Source: an uncultured delta proteobacterium (GTDB lineage: Bacteria; Myxococcota_A; Polyangia; Fen-1088). From it: 64,000 bases of DNA. The notes under the pieces were generated by a model. The model made no database searches. It was given only the letters and a program-made list of their open reading frames with translations, and was not told where the DNA came from. Position numbers and translations under genes: made by a program. The DNA is taken from NCBI GenBank assembly GCA_963755125.1, contig CAVWIP010000001.1, positions 224,001 to 288,000 on the forward strand, in the 5' to 3' direction. Below, one piece after another: positions 61,757 to 64,000 of the stretch. Position 1 is the stretch's first letter; each line of letters begins with the position of its first letter.

Positions 61757-64000
61757 TCACCTGCTCCTGACCCAGAGGTACAAATCGCCCCAGCGAGGTG
61801 CCGGAACGAATCCCGTGAGCGAAGCGCCCAATGGGCAACGTAGGTCCGCCACAACGACGTCGGCCTCGGAGACCAGCTTGTCCGCGTCTGAGGCGGACAT
61901 CTCGCCGGAACGTCGGCCTTCCGAGTCCGCGGCAACCGAGGCGTTCACCTCGTTGAGGGGGAGCAGGCGCTGCGCGCGACATCCGAGGTGGGCCACCATG
62001 AGCGCGGGGCGGTCAGGCGGGCGGCGCTCGGGCATCTCGGCGACCGAGATGTCACCGAAATTCTTGCGATTTCGGCTGTAGCGCAGGGTGAAGTCGAAGA
62101 ACACCAGTTCACCCGCGACCGTGATTTCTCGGTAGAGGCTCCCGCTCTGTCTCCACAGCAGGTGGGTGACGCCGAAGCTCGCGAGTTGGTCGAACACCGC
62201 ACCCGGGCTGCCAAGGTAGGCGTAGTCGATTGCCCCCTGATAGAACTGGCTGTCACCCACAACCTTCCTGCGAATCCCGAGCCGCAGGTATTCCTCGTGC
62301 ACGAGCACGACGGCGTTGGCGGGCAGATAGGCAGCGATGGCCTCGTAGCCCGTGTGTGTCGTCAGCGCATTGGTGTCCTTGCGGAACGACGCCGACAGCA
62401 GCTCAATGGTCGGCCTGAAGACCACGTCTCTGATCATCGCGTGGGTTGGCAGAAACGGTACGTCCCCGCCCCAGACCAGTTGCAGGCCGACTAGGGCCGC
62501 GACACCGATGCGGGCCACCAGGTTACTGGACCACGCGAGCGCGAGGGTGGCGCTGGTGGACGCGACCATCCACGGCAGCAACGCCTGCAGGTAGCGGTCT
62601 TGGTGGTAGGTCCAGTACCATACGAAGACGCCGATCATCGCACCGGTGGCAAGCAACCAAGTCCGTCCGCTGCGCCGAACGAACAGCAGCAGGGGCAGGC
62701 TCAGCGTGAACAGGAACCCGAACACCGGCACGTCGTGGTGGAAGGGGTACCAGTCGTGAGGAACGAAAGAGAACTTGAACGCGGCGATTGAAGTTTCGCG
62801 AAGACGCTCGATCAGTGTCCCGGTCGGCCGCCAGTCCGCGACCGGGATCAGGCCTTGCCAGCCGGGAACCCAGGGCCGGGAGGGGAAGAGTTTGCCCAGC
62901 AACGGGTACACCGGGTTGCCGTGCCAGATCAGATTCGCGAGCCAGTGCGATACCGTGGCCAGCAGGGCAACCACGGCCACCAACCCTGGGCCGCTCGCCA
63001 GGAACTTCAGGATCCGACCTCGGTGTTGCGGGATGGCACGAACTGTCCCGACGAGCAGGAACAAAGCCACCGGGATCAAGAGGCTGAGGGCCTGGTACTT
63101 GGTGAGAGCGCCACCCGCGATCATCAGGCCGAGCAGCACACACCTGCCCGCAGACCAACCGCGCAGCACGCGAGCGGCGGCGAGAGCCAGCGGAACCGCC
63201 CAGAAAGCGAGCACATGGTCGGCCGCCCCTCCCAGGCTCGAGTCGTAGAGGAACAGCCCGGGAAACAGGAAGAACACAACCCAGGACATGCCCGCACGCT
63301 TGCCGGGCACCAGCACCTCCACCAGCAACGGCAGCGAGGCGAGGGTCGCCAGAAACAGGAGAAACTCCAGGTGCGCCACCAGTTCCAGACGGAAGAACTC
63401 GTCGCTTGGGGTGATGGTGAACGCCCAGGTGTAGAGCCAGGACGCCAGGTGAGGCAGCGCACCCGAAAACGATCCCTCGGGGAAGGCTCGGATGCAGTGG
63501 GCGACGCCGTAGTGCTCCGCGATGGGGATGTGGTACGTCTGGGCGTCAAAGGCGAGGTTGTCCGGGGTCATCACGCAGAGGTAGACGAGCGTGATCCCAA
63601 GCGTGCCCACGACGGCGGCGCCGACGCGCAAGACGGAGAAGGAAGCCGTGGGCCTCGGAAATCCACGCACATGCCGGAATGCGCGCATTAGGTAGGGCAC
63701 CAGCGACGGAGCCCCCGCGGCCGTCAGGACGGCCGGGAACAGGTAGTAGAACGGACCGCGCAGGAGGCAAAAGATGCCAGCGAGGAAGATCCCGGTGCCG
63801 AACGCGAGGACCCCGACGGCGAAGTCGAACAGGAGCCGTTCGCGTACGCGCAGCCTGAGTCCGGGGAGGACGCCAAGCAACGCATGACCTGCTGACAGGC
63901 AGGAAATGCCGAACACCAGCGTCCAGAGCCAGATCCCTGCGTACTTCCAAAAGATCCAGTTGGCGACGGGCTCGTGCCCGTTGGTAGCGACCAACAGGAT
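61757..64000 (-). CDS. Large multi-pass membrane protein, GT-C glycosyltransferase-like; 5' end outside the window
   Basis: FDAQTYH, TKYQ, GNPVYP, QDRYL; the frame is open to position 64000. Confidence 0.7.
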   Translation of the reverse strand: MLLVATNGHEPVANWIFWKYAGIWLWTLVFGISCLSAGHALLGVLPGLRLRVRERLLFDFAVGVLAFGTGIFLAGIFCLLRGPFYYLFPAVLTAAGAPSLVPYLMRAFRHVRGFPRPTASFSVLRVGAAVVGTLGITLVYLCVMTPDNLAFDAQTYHIPIAEHYGVAHCIRAFPEGSFSGALPHLASWLYTWAFTITPSDEFFRLELVAHLEFLLFLATLASLPLLVEVLVPGKRAGMSWVVFFLFPGLFLYDSSLGGAADHVLAFWAVPLALAAARVLRGWSAGRCVLLGLMIAGGALTKYQALSLLIPVALFLLVGTVRAIPQHRGRILKFLASGPGLVAVVALLATVSHWLANLIWHGNPVYPLLGKLFPSRPWVPGWQGLIPVADWRPTGTLIERLRETSIAAFKFSFVPHDWYPFHHDVPVFGFLFTLSLPLLLFVRRSGRTWLLATGAMIGVFVWYWTYHQDRYLQALLPWMVASTSATLALAWSSNLVARIGVAALVGLQLVWGGDVPFLPTHAMIRDVVFRPTIELLSASFRKDTNALTTHTGYEAIAAYLPANAVVLVHEEYLRLGIRRKVVGDSQFYQGAIDYAYLGSPGAVFDQLASFGVTHLLWRQSGSLYREITVAGELVFFDFTLRYSRNRKNFGDISVAEMPERRPPDRPALMVAHLGCRAQRLLPLNEVNASVAADSEGRRSGEMSASDADKLVSEADVVVADLRCPLGASLTGFVPAPRWGDLYLWVRSR

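Overview
High-GC bacterial window. Gene content and style (Ser/Thr kinase, ftsB next to a dmxA-like diguanylate cyclase, Gly/Ser/Thr-linker lipoproteins, IF3 with an AUC start) point to Myxococcota, probably Polyangia-like; this is an inference. Most of it is housekeeping: tRNA-Val, thrS-infC-rpmI-rplT-pheS-pheT-ihfA-merR-tRNA-Pro-surE-pcm-nlpD-apt, dtd with tRNA-Arg, a cobalamin-riboswitch B12 uptake operon, lon, ttcA, argJ, gcvTHP, dacB, an XPB-like helicase plus DUF790 nuclease, a DacZ-like diadenylate cyclase, hisS and ftsB-GGDEF. Small accessory islets are interspersed: two toxin-antitoxin pairs (one with a frameshifted toxin), four GT-C-like membrane proteins, and several secreted glycan-active lipoproteins. 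The most novel signal is a circularly permuted GH45-like endoglucanase lipoprotein with both catalytic aspartates retained. Other signals are gene remnants and deletion scars, MITE-like elements flanking gcvTHP, and repeated leaderless promoter architecture. I saw no CRISPR array, rRNA, transposase, integrase or reverse transcriptase. All family calls come from reading motifs by eye, not from database searches.
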